Source: Alphaproteobacteria bacterium (GTDB lineage Bacteria; Pseudomonadota; Alphaproteobacteria; SP197). From it: a DNA stretch of 64,000 nt. Shown in pieces: positions 9,268 through 19,647 of the stretch (its first letter is position 1; every line of letters starts with the position of its first letter). Location of the stretch: NCBI GenBank assembly GCA_964291265.2, contig OZ219747.1, forward strand, positions 2,912,001 to 2,976,000, in the 5' to 3' direction. The notes below the pieces were generated by a model. It was not told the DNA's origin. It did not search any database and saw only the letters and a list, made by a program, of their open reading frames with translations. The position numbers were made by a program, and so were the translations under genes.

Positions 9268-10623
9268 ATGGGTTCCTTCGACTACGATCTCGTCGTCATC
9301 GGCGGCGGCTCGGGAGGGGTGCGCGCAGCACGGTTTTCCGCGGCCGCAGGCGCCCGCGTGGCGATTATCGAAGAACGTGACTGGGGTGGAACCTGTGTCA
9401 ATGCAGGGTGCATTCCCAAGAAGCTCTTCGGTTATGCAGCCCATTGCAGCGAAGAGTTCCAGAATGCCCGGCGCTTCGGCTGGTCATCCATGGATCCCCT
9501 CTTCGACTGGCCGACGCTGCGTGACAACAAGTCGGCCGAGATCGCCAGGCTGAACGGCATCTACGTGAACATGCTCAAGGACGCCGGCTGCAGGGTTCTC
9601 AAGGGCCGCGCCCGCCTCGCCGGTCCCCACGAGGTGGACGTCAACGGTCAGCGGTTCCTCACCGCGAACATTCTTGTCGCCTCCGGGGGCTGGCCATACG
9701 TACCGGACGTTCCGGGCAGGGACCACGTCATCACGTCGAACGAGTGCTTCTTCCTCGACGAACTGCCCCGGAGCATCGTCATCGTCGGTGGCGGATACAT
9801 CGCGGCGGAGTTCGCCGGAATCTTTCACGGCCTCGGTGTCGAGGTCACGCAGCTCTACCGGGGAGACCTCTTCCTGCGCGGCTTCGACGAGGATGTTCGG
9901 CGCCACCTCGCCGGAGAAATGCGGACGAAGGGGATCGATCTCAGGTTCTCCAGCGACGTGGCGGCCATCACCCGCAAGGAGAGCGGTTTTTCCGTCAGTC
10001 TGGCCGACGGCGCCTCCCTGGACACCGGCCTGGTCATGTATGCCACCAGCCGTCGGCCGCTGACCTCCGGTCTCGGGCTCGAGGACGTCGGCGTGGCTGT
10101 CAACCATGACGGCACCATTCCGGTTGACGACCACTTCCGCACCAACGTGCCGTCGGTTTTCGCCATTGGCGACGTTCTCGGCCGTATCGAGCTGACGCCG
10201 GTGGCAACCACCGAGGGCATGGCGGTGGCCGCCACGCTCTTCGGCGCCGGGCCGAAGAGCGTCGACTACTCGAACGTCCCGTCGGCCGTCTTCAGCCAGC
10301 CGGAACTGGCCGCGGTGGGCCTGACGGAATCAGAGGCACGCCGACGGTATGCCGATGGCGTCGACGTCTACCTGACCCGTTTCAGGCCCCTTCGCCACAC
10401 GATCTCCCTGAACGAAGAGAAGACCCTGATGAAGCTTGTCGTGGCCTCGGCCACGGACCGCGTCGTCGGGGTTCACATGGTGGGAGAGGATGCCGCCGAG
10501 ATCCTGCAGGGATTTGCGGTGGCCCTCAAGGCCGGCGCCACCAAGGCCGATTTCGACGCCACGGTCGGTATCCATCCGACCAGCGCCGAGGAGTTCGTGA
10601 CCATGCGCCAGAAGGCTGCGTGA
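9268..10623 (+). CDS. gor: Glutathione-disulfide reductase
   Basis: GGGSGG, GGTCVNAGCIPKK redox disulfide, GGGYIAAE, C-terminal IHPTSAEE. Confidence 0.95.
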   Translation: MGSFDYDLVVIGGGSGGVRAARFSAAAGARVAIIEERDWGGTCVNAGCIPKKLFGYAAHCSEEFQNARRFGWSSMDPLFDWPTLRDNKSAEIARLNGIYVNMLKDAGCRVLKGRARLAGPHEVDVNGQRFLTANILVASGGWPYVPDVPGRDHVITSNECFFLDELPRSIVIVGGGYIAAEFAGIFHGLGVEVTQLYRGDLFLRGFDEDVRRHLAGEMRTKGIDLRFSSDVAAITRKESGFSVSLADGASLDTGLVMYATSRRPLTSGLGLEDVGVAVNHDGTIPVDDHFRTNVPSVFAIGDVLGRIELTPVATTEGMAVAATLFGAGPKSVDYSNVPSAVFSQPELAAVGLTESEARRRYADGVDVYLTRFRPLRHTISLNEEKTLMKLVVASATDRVVGVHMVGEDAAEILQGFAVALKAGATKADFDATVGIHPTSAEEFVTMRQKAA

Positions 10624-10640
10624 CGGCCCGGGATGGGGTG

Positions 10641-10716
10641 TGGTGCCGGGTGCGGGACTCGAACTCGCGACCTACCGCTTACAAGGCGGTTGCTCTACCA
10701 ACTGAGCTAACCCGGC
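10641..10716 (-). tRNA. tRNA-Thr(TGT)
   Basis: Reverse complement GCCGGGTTAGCTCAGTTGGTAGAGCAACCGCCTTGTAAGCGGTAGGTCGCGAGTTCGAGTCCCGCACCCGGCACCA folds as a cloverleaf with encoded CCA. Confidence 0.97.
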
Positions 10717-11111
10717 TCCCGCCGTTTCGTAGCACGGGGCCACGCCCCTTGTGAAACACTCCTGCCCGGCGGGGAGGGCCGGGGTTGCCTCGTACTCCCG
10801 AACGACGACACTGCCATCCGCTCCGGCGGAACCGCCCTCTTCCTGTGGGCGCCCTCGTTCGCCACAGGCGGATGCTTCCCGGGAATCCGGGACATTGCGC
10901 GGTCGTCCCGGCGCCTGCACAGGGTCACGATGCAGCCCTGGTGCTGCTCACCGACACCGAAGACATCGCGAAGTTCGACAACGGCCTCGACCCGCGATCC
11001 CGGATCGCGATGCGCGCCGTCTGCCCGGTCGAGGATGTCGTCGTCCTCCCTCGGGCATGCTGCGCAAGGGGGATTCGGTCGATATGATGGCTGCGAACCG
11101 GGAGACATGGC

Positions 11112-11846
11112 ATGATGGAGCTGGCGAGAGGATTCCCGCTGAAGCAGTGGGTCTGTGTGCCCTGCGGATACAACATGATCGCAGACATGCCCGCCATCTG
11201 TCCCTTCTGCGGCGCCCGCCACGACCGCTTTGTCTCCTGGGACGTCGGCGAGGAGCGCTATCGCGTGGAGGCGCGGGAGGTCACCGGCGGCGTCAGCCAG
11301 CTTCTTTCCCGTCCGCGCCTCGGTCTGGAACATGCCTGTTACCGCATCGAGACCGAGGACGGGCCGGTATGGATCGACTGTCCGAGCGCATTCAACCGCA
11401 CGCTTGCGCCCGTTGGCGACATCTTCTTCACGCACAAGGACTTCATGGGCGCCTCGAACCAGTACCGCGCACAGTGGAATGCGGCTGTCCACATCCACGA
11501 GGCCGAGACGGACAGTCCACTCGCCGCCGCCTTTCCCGTGGATGACGTCTTCCGTGGCGATTTCACGAGCCACGGCATCGAGGCCTTCCATATCGGTGGC
11601 CACACTCCGGGATTCACGGCCTACCTGTGGCGCGGCGTGCTCTTCGCGTGCGACTACGCCTTTCCGCCGGACGACACCATGCAACTCAATCCCTACAGTG
11701 AGCCTGAGGATATCGCGAACCGGGGTTACCGCCTGCTCGCCATCGCCCGCGAACGGCGTCCCCGCCTGGTGGCAGGGTACAGTTTCGTTGTCCCCGGGGA
11801 GGCATGGACCCGCTGGTTCGAGGCTGCGCTGGAGCGCGCTGCCTGA
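11112..11846 (+). CDS. Rubredoxin-like (CxxC/CxxC) domain fused to a metallo-beta-lactamase-fold domain
   Basis: WVCVPCGY...CPFCGA at the N-terminus, then WIDCP, FFTHKDF, HIHEAE, GGHTPG, FACD. Confidence 0.7.
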   Translation: MMELARGFPLKQWVCVPCGYNMIADMPAICPFCGARHDRFVSWDVGEERYRVEAREVTGGVSQLLSRPRLGLEHACYRIETEDGPVWIDCPSAFNRTLAPVGDIFFTHKDFMGASNQYRAQWNAAVHIHEAETDSPLAAAFPVDDVFRGDFTSHGIEAFHIGGHTPGFTAYLWRGVLFACDYAFPPDDTMQLNPYSEPEDIANRGYRLLAIARERRPRLVAGYSFVVPGEAWTRWFEAALERAA

Positions 11847-12214
11847 CCGGGCGGGATGAGGCGGTGACAGAGACCGGAACCCGTATTCGAACGGTCGGCC
11901 ACACCCTGTGAACGCAGATTGCATGACACGCGTTGCCGCTCTCCCGAGACATTGCCACGCCGGTATGGGTCACGGCCGGCATCAGCATCCCACGCCGTGT
12001 TTCCGGCGTGATTGGACGAACGCCGCGCCGCCCCGGTGTTGGCATGCAGAAACGGTCGCAAGCACAGGACAACAGTGGACTTCCCGGCAGGGGCGACATG
12101 CCTCCCCGGGAGGTCAGGTCAGGATGTCCGGCACCTGTTCAGACATCCTGGGGCGAATGCTAGGCTGTCAGCGTCGACGCAGACTCGTGCGCATTCTTCG
12201 AGAGGATCAAGAGC

Positions 12215-12528
12215 ATGACCGAACAAGCCGACCATGCCGACCGGACGTTGAGGGCCTTCGCCGGACAGAAGGACGTGACTCGGCGCGACTTCCTGGAGCG
12301 TGCGGTCGCTTCGGGCATGACGGTCGCGGCTGCCACGGCCCTGTGGAGCGAATCGGCGTGCGCCGGGCAGGTTCGGGGCGGGCACATCGTCACGGCGGCC
12401 GGCGACGGGCAGTCGGCCGACTCCTTCACCATCGGCCACACCGGCAACTCGCACCAGACCATGCTCACGGAGACCTTTCGCAGCAAGCTGGTCGACGCGC
12501 GGACCGATGGCGGACTCGATCCCATGCT
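12215..12528 (+). pseudogene. ABC transporter family-5 substrate-binding protein, 5' part (Tat signal), interrupted by an IS
   Basis: TRRDFL Tat motif; reading ...GGLDPML resumes as (ML)ATEWS after the IS at 14975. Confidence 0.88.
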
Positions 12529-14974
12529 CAGACGTCCTGACCTCAGTGAGTTGACTTGATCAGTCCGGCCCTCTTTTTTCCAACACAATGAACGGGTTTC
12601 CCAGTTTTTTGCTTGACACCATAGCCGTGGGATGATCCAATATAACATGACGCCTATATTGAGCAGTCCAGGCCATGAACACGCTCGCAATGCACCCTCC
12701 CGAAGCCGTCCAGATCGGAACCTCGTGCTTCTCCCTTGCCGACCTCGACGGACAGACCGTCTACTTCTCGAACATGGAGCCCTTCGACTGCCACGACGAG
12801 GGCGACCGGCCGGCCATGCTGCTGCGGATCGCGAGGTTCGCCAGGCACGGCGTTCCTCAAGGAGACCTGCAGGCGGCCTTCGACGTGAGCCGCGCGACCG
12901 TGCAGCGGGCTTATGAGGAAGCTCCGGGACAGGGGTGAAGCGAGCTTCTACGAGCCACGCAAGGGCCGTGGTCTCAGCGTGATCACAGGCGAGACGGCGG
13001 CCGCGGCGAACCGTCTCCTGGCCGAGGGCATGAACGCCGCGGCACTGGCCCGGGAACTGGGGATCGCGAGATCGACGGCGTACTACAACCTCAGCAACGG
13101 CTTCATCGGCGGCGGAGAGCGGCCGCAGGCGGCGCAAGTCGACGAGGCCACGCGATGCCCGGACGATCTTCTCGGCCGCGGCGAACGGGACCGTCGCGAC
13201 AGGGTCGCGCCGATGGGGCGCGGCGCGCGCGACAGCGCCGGGCGCGTCGCGGCCTCGACGGGAGCCATGAACGAAGCGCCGCCGCGCTTCGACGAGCCAC
13301 TCTCGGCGGTCGCCGGCGGCGGCGTCCTGGCGGCGCTGCCGGCGCTGCTGAAGGAGGGTCTCCTGGAGCACGCGGACAGGTTCCTGTCGCTGCCGAAAGG
13401 GTACGACGGGCTGACGAGCGTGCTTCTCATGCTCGCCTTCCTGTTCATGGCCCGGATCCGCAACCCCGAGGCGCTGCGCCACGAGGCGCCCGGGGAACGG
13501 GGTGCGGTCCTGGGGCTCGACCGCTGCCCGGAGGTCAAGACGCTGCGGCGCAAGATCAGGGCGCTGGCGAGCGACCCGCAGCGGGTCCGGGACTGGCAGG
13601 ACGCGCTGGCGAAGGACTGGATCGCGGAGGCGCCGGATGTCTGCGCGACACTGTCGGTGGACGGGCACGTGAAGGTATATTCGGGCCGCAAGGGTCGCCT
13701 GCCGAAGCACTTCGTGTCACGTCAGAAGCTCTGTCTGCCGGCCTCGACAGGCTATTGGGTCAACGCGCTCGGCGGCCGGCCGCTCCTGTGCCTGCACAAG
13801 GACCTCGATCCGACCATGACGCACGCGCTGGAGCACGACATCCTGCCCGCGCTGGAGCGGCTCGGCCTGCCGGGGCCGGAGGCGCCGAACCTCGCCAGGG
13901 GAGAGGCGGTCGCGCCGGGGCTGACGCTGGTGTTCGACCGCGAGGGCTGGAGCCCGGCGCTGTTCGCCCGCCTCGCCCGACGCGGGGTGGCGGTGATCAC
14001 CTGGCACAAGGGGTTCCGGAGCGGTCCCTGGCCACAGGGGGAGTTCCGCACGGTCCGGGCGCCGCTCCACTCACCAGGTGGCGTCCGCACCGCCGAGGTG
14101 CGGCTCGCACAGAGACGGATCACGCTGTCCGGCGGACCGCAGGTGCGCCAGATCCGGCGTCTTCTGGACAGCGGCCGGCAGGTGCCGCTTGTCACCACGG
14201 ACAGGCACACGCCCATGGAGCGGGTCGCCGGCGCGCTGTTCTCGCGCTGGTCCCAGGAGAACTTCTTCAAGTCCATGCGCCAGGAGTTCGGCCTCGACGC
14301 GCTGGCCGTGCACGGCCTTGTCGAGCAGGACCCCGAAGCGCGCGTCGTCCATCCGCACTGGCGCCGCTGCGACCGCCGCATCCGCCAGCTGCGCCAGAAG
14401 CTCGGCACACTGCGCAACCGCGTCGCCGACCTGCTCAAGGGCGCCCCGTCCGACACCGCCATCACGGCCGCCGCGACGCTGCAGGACAAGATCGTGACGC
14501 TCGACGCCGAGCACGAGGCGCTCAAGGTCCGGCGTGCAGAAATCCCGAAACATGTCACCGTGGCCGAGCTCGACGAGAACGACAGGCTCGACGCCCTGCC
14601 CTCCAGCGAGAGGCTGCTGCTCGACATCGTTCGCATGATCGCCTACCGCGCCGAAACCCGGATGATGGCCGCCGTCGCCCAGGCCCAGGGCGCAAAGCAG
14701 CGCCCGCGACGCCCCCTCGCCGAACTGTTCCAGTCGGACGCCGACATCATCCCCGATCAGGAAAACCGCGTCCTGCGGGTGCGCTTCCTCGGCACCGCCA
14801 GCAACGCGCGCGACGCCGAAATCGCCGGACTGCTCGACGAACTCAACCAGACGCGCACGACCTTCCCAGGAACCGACCTGCGCATGATCTACGAAATGCC
14901 AGACAACCCAGCCAAACTCGGCCCAGAAGCATCAAACTGATTGGACAAATTCATAGCCGAGGTCAGGACGTCTG
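12529..14974 (+). mobile_element. 2,446-bp insertion sequence with 16-bp perfect TIRs and 5-bp TSD (ATGCT)
   Basis: Left end CAGACGTCCTGACCTC (12529-12544); right end GAGGTCAGGACGTCTG (14959-14974); ATGCT at 12524-12528 and 14975-14979. Confidence 0.95.
12675..14940 (+). pseudogene. Large DDE-type transposase, frameshifted near 12911 (ORFs 12675-12938 and 12913-14940)
   Basis: HTH-like N-terminus (FDVSRATVQR), LSVDGH, LVFDREG and FSRWSQENFFK motifs; lies wholly between the TIRs; removing one base gives a single ORF of about 754 aa. Confidence 0.8.
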
Positions 14975-16260
14975 ATGCTGGCGACGGAATGGAGTGCTTC
15001 GGACGCGGGCGCGACCTGGACCTTCAGGTTGCGCCGGGGCGTTGAGTTCCACAACGGCAAGACGCTTGATGCCCGGGACGTGATCGACTCGATGAACGTT
15101 CATCGTGGTCCCGATTCACGGTCGGGCGGCGCGTCGATGATGGCGATCGTGGCGGACATCCGATCGGACGGTGACGACGTGATCTTCGAATTGAGCGAGC
15201 CCGCAGCCGACTTTCCCTACTACCTGGCGCAGTACCTGTTCCAGGTGGGGCCGTCGGTCGACGGCGAGGTCGACATGTCGGGCATGGGCACCGGCGCCTA
15301 CGTCATGCAGGACTATGAGCCCGGTGTGATGGGCGCCGGAGAGCGGTTCGCGAACTACTTTCTGGAAGACCAGGACTTCTTTGATTCCTTCGAGCATCTC
15401 TCGGTGAAGGATCACGCGGCGCTCTCTTCGGCGCTGGCCAGCGATTCCGTCCAGGCGGTGTGGCCGGTCGAGCCGAAGACAGCGGACCTGCTGGCGCACA
15501 ACGAGGGTGTGGATGTTCTGAGCGTCGCCGGCGGCTCGACCATCACGATGCCGACACGACGCCGTTCGACAGTCTCGATTTCCGGCTCGCCATGAAGTAT
15601 CTGGTCGATCGCGAGCAGATGCGCGACGTGATCTTCAACGGTCATGCTTCGCTGGCGAACGATCATCCGGTTGCGCCCTTCGACCAGTTCTTCAGTCCCG
15701 TCATTCCGCAGCGCGAGTTCGATCCGGACAGGGCGAGGCACCATCTGAAGAAGGCCGGCTACGGCGGCGAGACGATCCGGATCCACGCCTCCGCCGCGGC
15801 GTTCAGCGGTGCGGTCGATGCCGGCGTCCTCTACGCGGAGAACGCCAGGCAGGCCGGGTTCAACCTCGAGGTCGTGCGCGAACCCGTCGACGGGTACTGG
15901 GCCGATGTCTGGGGCACGGCGCCGTTCTGTTACTGCTACTGGAATGCGCGGCCGACCCCGGACCTGATGCTGACACTCGTCTACATCTGCGATGCGGCAT
16001 GGGCCGATGCCTACTGGTGCGACCGCGAGTTCACCGATCTGGTGGTGGCTGCGAGGACTGAACTCGATACCGCAAGGCGCAAGCTTCTCTATGCCGACGT
16101 GCAACTGATCCTGCATGAGCGCGGCGCGACGATCGTACCCCTGTTCCAGAACCTGGTGCATGGCGTCCGCGACCGGCTCGACACCGGTGGAGGGGTTCTT
16201 GGCGCGGCGCCCTTCGACGCCTTCCGCATGTTCCGCAATGGGCGTTCAGGGAAGGCATGG
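14975..16260 (+). pseudogene. ABC transporter substrate-binding protein, 3' part, with a second frameshift near 15550 and a lost stop
   Basis: WTFRLRRGVEFHNGK, GTGAY, then in another frame DTTPFDSLDFRLAMKYLVDR, NDHPV, DGYWADVW; 3' end approximate. Confidence 0.85.
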
Positions 16261-16383
16261 CCTGATCGCGGGCGAGACGGCTCCAGTCCCGGGCTGCCCG
16301 GGGCGCCCCATGGAGGCGCCAGACCTCTCGTTCGAGGGCCGGCGCGATGGTCCGGGAGGAGGCGGGGTGGTGTAAGCCATTCG

Positions 16384-17127
16384 TCAATGGGTGCGGATCT
16401 CGTGGAGGGCGATGGCGGCGGCACTGGCCACGTTGAGACTGAGGTCGCGGCCCGGGGTGGCGATGCTCACCAGCCGATCGCAGGTCCGGGCAACGAGACG
16501 GCGCAGGCCGCTCCCCTCTGCGCCGAGGACCAGTGCGGCGGGAAGCGGCATCGGCGCCTCGCTCAGGGTCAGGGGCGCTCGGGCGTCGAGACCGGTAATC
16601 CAGAATCCGCGTTGCTTGAGACCATCGAGGGCGCGGGCGATGTTGGGGACACGCACCAGAAGCACCCATTCGAGGGCCCCGGAGGCGGCGCTGGCGAAGG
16701 CCGCCGAAGGGGGAGGAGCATGACGATCCTGCATGATGACCGCCGCCGCGCCGAAGGCTGCGGCCGATCGCATGATGGCGCCGGCGTTGCGGGGATCGCT
16801 GATGCGGTCGAGGACCACGACGAGGTCGGCCGTTCCGGGAATGTGGTGGAGGGCGAGGTTCGGCAGCGGATGAACGAGGAGAGCCGCTCCCTGGTGGCGG
16901 GTGTCTCCCTCGAGGAGCGCGGCGATCGACGATGACGTCATCGCTTCGCAGGCCATCGTGTCGCGGCGTTGCGACAGCAAGGGCGCAAGCCGCTCCAGCA
17001 TCTCGGGCGTGGCTGCGAGGCGCACCACGCGCCGTTGCGGATTGGCCAGTGCCGCCGCCACCGGGTGGTGTCCGTGAATCCACAGCGGCCTCGCGAACTT
17101 TTGTTGTGCCAGGTGCTTGCGGACCAT
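16384..17127 (-). CDS. rlmB: 23S rRNA Gm2251 methyltransferase (SpoU family)
   Basis: LDRISDPRNAGAIMRSA, LVLGAEGSGLR, SLNVASAAAI; conserved position before tRNA-Tyr. Confidence 0.9.
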   Translation of the reverse strand: MVRKHLAQQKFARPLWIHGHHPVAAALANPQRRVVRLAATPEMLERLAPLLSQRRDTMACEAMTSSSIAALLEGDTRHQGAALLVHPLPNLALHHIPGTADLVVVLDRISDPRNAGAIMRSAAAFGAAAVIMQDRHAPPPSAAFASAASGALEWVLLVRVPNIARALDGLKQRGFWITGLDARAPLTLSEAPMPLPAALVLGAEGSGLRRLVARTCDRLVSIATPGRDLSLNVASAAAIALHEIRTH

Positions 17128-17267
17128 GGCGTGGTGCTATATACGAGCACTCCATCAATTGGAAATCCGGCGGCGTCGTCAACAGTGCAGGAGGCACTGC
17201 CCTTGTTGCGCGGTTGCTGTCGGGTTGATCGTGTCGCGAAACCAACCATCAGCAGTACATGTTGCCC

Positions 17268-17352
17268 GGAGGGATGCCTGAGCGGTTAAAAGGGACGGGC
17301 TGTAAACCCGTTGGCTATGCCTACGGTGGTTCGAATCCACCTCCCTCCACCA
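17268..17352 (+). tRNA. tRNA-Tyr(GTA)
   Basis: GGAGGGATGCCTGAGCGG...CTGTAAA...GGTTCGAATCC...CCA with long variable arm. Confidence 0.97.
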
Positions 17353-17389
17353 TCCACGGTTCGGAGGGCCGGTTGCGGACCTCGACAGG

Positions 17390-17463
17390 GCGGGTGTAGC
17401 TCAGTGGCAGAGCCCCAGCCTTCCAAGCTGGTTACGCGGGTTCGATTCCCGCCACCCGCTCCA
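17390..17463 (+). tRNA. tRNA-Gly(TCC)
   Basis: GCGGGTGTAGCTCAGTGG...CTTCCAA...GGTTCGATTCC...TCCA. Confidence 0.97.
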
Positions 17464-17549
17464 CGCTCCCCGACCAGGGGTCATGTTGTGACAACCAGGA
17501 ACACCTCCCTCCTCGAGGGAGGGTCATTGACCAGGAGAGGTCGAGAAGG

Positions 17550-18740
17550 ATGGCCAAGGAGAAGTTTGAGCGTACGAAGCCGCATGCGAACATTGGGACG
17601 ATTGGGCATGTGGATCACGGCAAGACGACGCTGACGGCGGCGATCACGCGGATTCTGGCGCGCACGGGCGGTGCGACGTACACGGACTACGCGTCGATTG
17701 ACAAGGCGCCGGAGGAGCGTGAGCGTGGCATCACGATCAACACGGCGCATGTGGAGTACGAGACGGAGGGCCGCCACTATGCGCATGTCGACTGTCCTGG
17801 TCATGCGGACTACGTGAAGAACATGATCACGGGTGCGGCGCAGATGGACGGGGCGATTCTGGTGGTATCGGCGGCGGACGGTCCGATGCCCCAGACGCGC
17901 GAGCACATTCTTCTGGCGCGTCAGGTGGGTGTTCCTGCGATTGTGGTGTACCTCAACAAGGTGGATCAGGTTGACGACGAGGAGCTTCTGGAGCTTGTGG
18001 AGCTTGAGGTTCGGGAGTTGCTGGACGAGTACCGGTTTCCTGGCGATGACATTCCTGTTGTGCGGGGTTCGGCCCTGGCGGCGATGGAGGATGGCGACGC
18101 GCAGACGGGTGAGCAGTCGGTTCTTGAGTTGATGGCGGCGGTAGATTCCTACATTCCGACGCCGGAGCGTGCTGTGGACCGTCCTTTTCTGATGCCGATT
18201 GAGGATGTGTTTTCGATTTCGGGGCGCGGCACGGTTGTGACGGGTCGTGTTGAGCAGGGTGTGGTGAAGGTTGGCGACGAGGTTGAGATCGTGGGTATTC
18301 GGGAGACGTCGAAGACGGTGTGCACGGGAGTGGAGATGTTCCGCAAGTTGCTGGATTCCGGCGAGGCGGGGGACAACATCGGGGTCCTTCTGCGTGGTAC
18401 GAAGCGCGATGATGTGGAGCGCGGCCAGGTTCTGGCGCGTCCTGGGACGATCACGCCGCACACGCGCTTCAAGGCGGAGACCTACGTGTTGACGAAGGAT
18501 GAGGGAGGTCGTCACACGCCGTTTTTCACCAACTACCGTCCGCAGTTCTTTTTCCGGACGACGGACGTGACGGGTCACGTGCAGCTGCCCGAGGGGATCG
18601 AGATGGTGATGCCGGGGGACAACGTGACGATGGATGTGGAACTGATTTCGCCGATTGCCATGGACGAAGGCCTGCGTTTTGCCATCCGCGAGGGTGGCCG
18701 CACCGTCGGCGCCGGCGTCGTCGCCGAAATCGTCGACTAG
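17550..18740 (+). CDS. tuf: Elongation factor Tu (tRNA-operon copy)
   Basis: [23 protein letters not shown]; 396 aa. Confidence 0.99.
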   Translation: MAKEKFERTKPHANIGTIGHVDHGKTTLTAAITRILARTGGATYTDYASIDKAPEERERGITINTAHVEYETEGRHYAHVDCPGHADYVKNMITGAAQMDGAILVVSAADGPMPQTREHILLARQVGVPAIVVYLNKVDQVDDEELLELVELEVRELLDEYRFPGDDIPVVRGSALAAMEDGDAQTGEQSVLELMAAVDSYIPTPERAVDRPFLMPIEDVFSISGRGTVVTGRVEQGVVKVGDEVEIVGIRETSKTVCTGVEMFRKLLDSGEAGDNIGVLLRGTKRDDVERGQVLARPGTITPHTRFKAETYVLTKDEGGRHTPFFTNYRPQFFFRTTDVTGHVQLPEGIEMVMPGDNVTMDVELISPIAMDEGLRFAIREGGRTVGAGVVAEIVD

Positions 18741-18756
18741 AGCAAGAGGCGTTTCA

Positions 18757-18832
18757 AGGAGTGTAGCTCAACTGGTAGAGCACCGGTCTCCAAAACCGGG
18801 GGTTGCGGGTTCGAGTCCTGCCACTCCTGCCA
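18757..18832 (+). tRNA. tRNA-Trp(CCA)
   Basis: AGGAGTGTAGCTCAACTGG...CTCCAAA...GGTTCGAGTCC...GCCA; canonical position before secE. Confidence 0.97.
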
Positions 18833-18878
18833 CCGGCGGGCTCGTTGATTGAAGAGCAGGGAAACAGCGGATCAACTC

Positions 18879-19088
18879 ATGGCGAAAGTGTCACCGGCCG
18901 AATTTGTCAGACAGGTCCGGGCCGAGGCCATCAGGAAGGTGACCTGGCCGACAACCAGGGAAGCGGGGATCACCACGCTCACCGTGTTCGCGATGATCGT
19001 GCTCGTGGCCGTCTTCTTCTTCGTGATCGATCTCGTCTTCGCCGAGGCGATCCAGCTCGTTCTCGGGCTGGGGAGGCAGGGGCTGTGA
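18879..19088 (+). CDS. secE: Preprotein translocase subunit SecE
   Basis: FVRQVRAE..KVTWPT motif plus one TM helix; synteny. Confidence 0.93.
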   Translation: MAKVSPAEFVRQVRAEAIRKVTWPTTREAGITTLTVFAMIVLVAVFFFVIDLVFAEAIQLVLGLGRQGL

Positions 19089-19615
19089 CGCATCGCTGGT
19101 ACATCGTCCATTGCTATTCGGGTTTCGAGAAGAAGGTGGAGACCGCGATCAGGGAGCGTGCCGAGGCGAGCGGCATGGCAGAGCAGATCTGTCAGGTCCT
19201 GGTTCCTTCGGAGAAGGTCACGGAGATGCGCGGCGGCAGGCAGCTCTCGACCGACCGCAAGTTCTTCCCCGGGTACGTTCTGGTGCACATGGAGATGACG
19301 GATGCTACTTGGCATCTGGTCAAGGACACGCCGAAGGTCAGCGGTTTCCTGGGGGCCGGCAACCGCCCCAGGCCGATTCCCGATTCCGAGGCGGCGCGCA
19401 TCATCAACCAGGTGCAGGAGGGAATCGAACGGCCGAGGCCGTCCATCACCTTCGAGATCGGCGAGAGTGTGCGCGTGGCTGACGGACCGTTCACGTCCTT
19501 CAACGGCACGGTCCAGGAAATCGACGAGAACCGGGCACGCCTGAAGGTCGCGGTGCTGATCTTCGGCCGCCCCACTCCCGTCGAGCTTGAATACACTCAG
19601 GTCGAGAAGACCTGA
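19085..19615 (+). CDS. nusG: Transcription termination/antitermination factor NusG
   Basis: GTG start; [37 protein letters not shown]. Confidence 0.97.
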   Translation: MTHRWYIVHCYSGFEKKVETAIRERAEASGMAEQICQVLVPSEKVTEMRGGRQLSTDRKFFPGYVLVHMEMTDATWHLVKDTPKVSGFLGAGNRPRPIPDSEAARIINQVQEGIERPRPSITFEIGESVRVADGPFTSFNGTVQEIDENRARLKVAVLIFGRPTPVELEYTQVEKT

Positions 19616-19647
19616 GACGTCCACCAGGGGATGGAAAGCGCAAGACA

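Noticed and set aside
10785-11087. Possible small gene upstream of the MBL fusion
   Set aside because: Only a short protein-like stretch (LLTDTEDIAKFDNGLD); no clear start, RBS or family; at most a remnant
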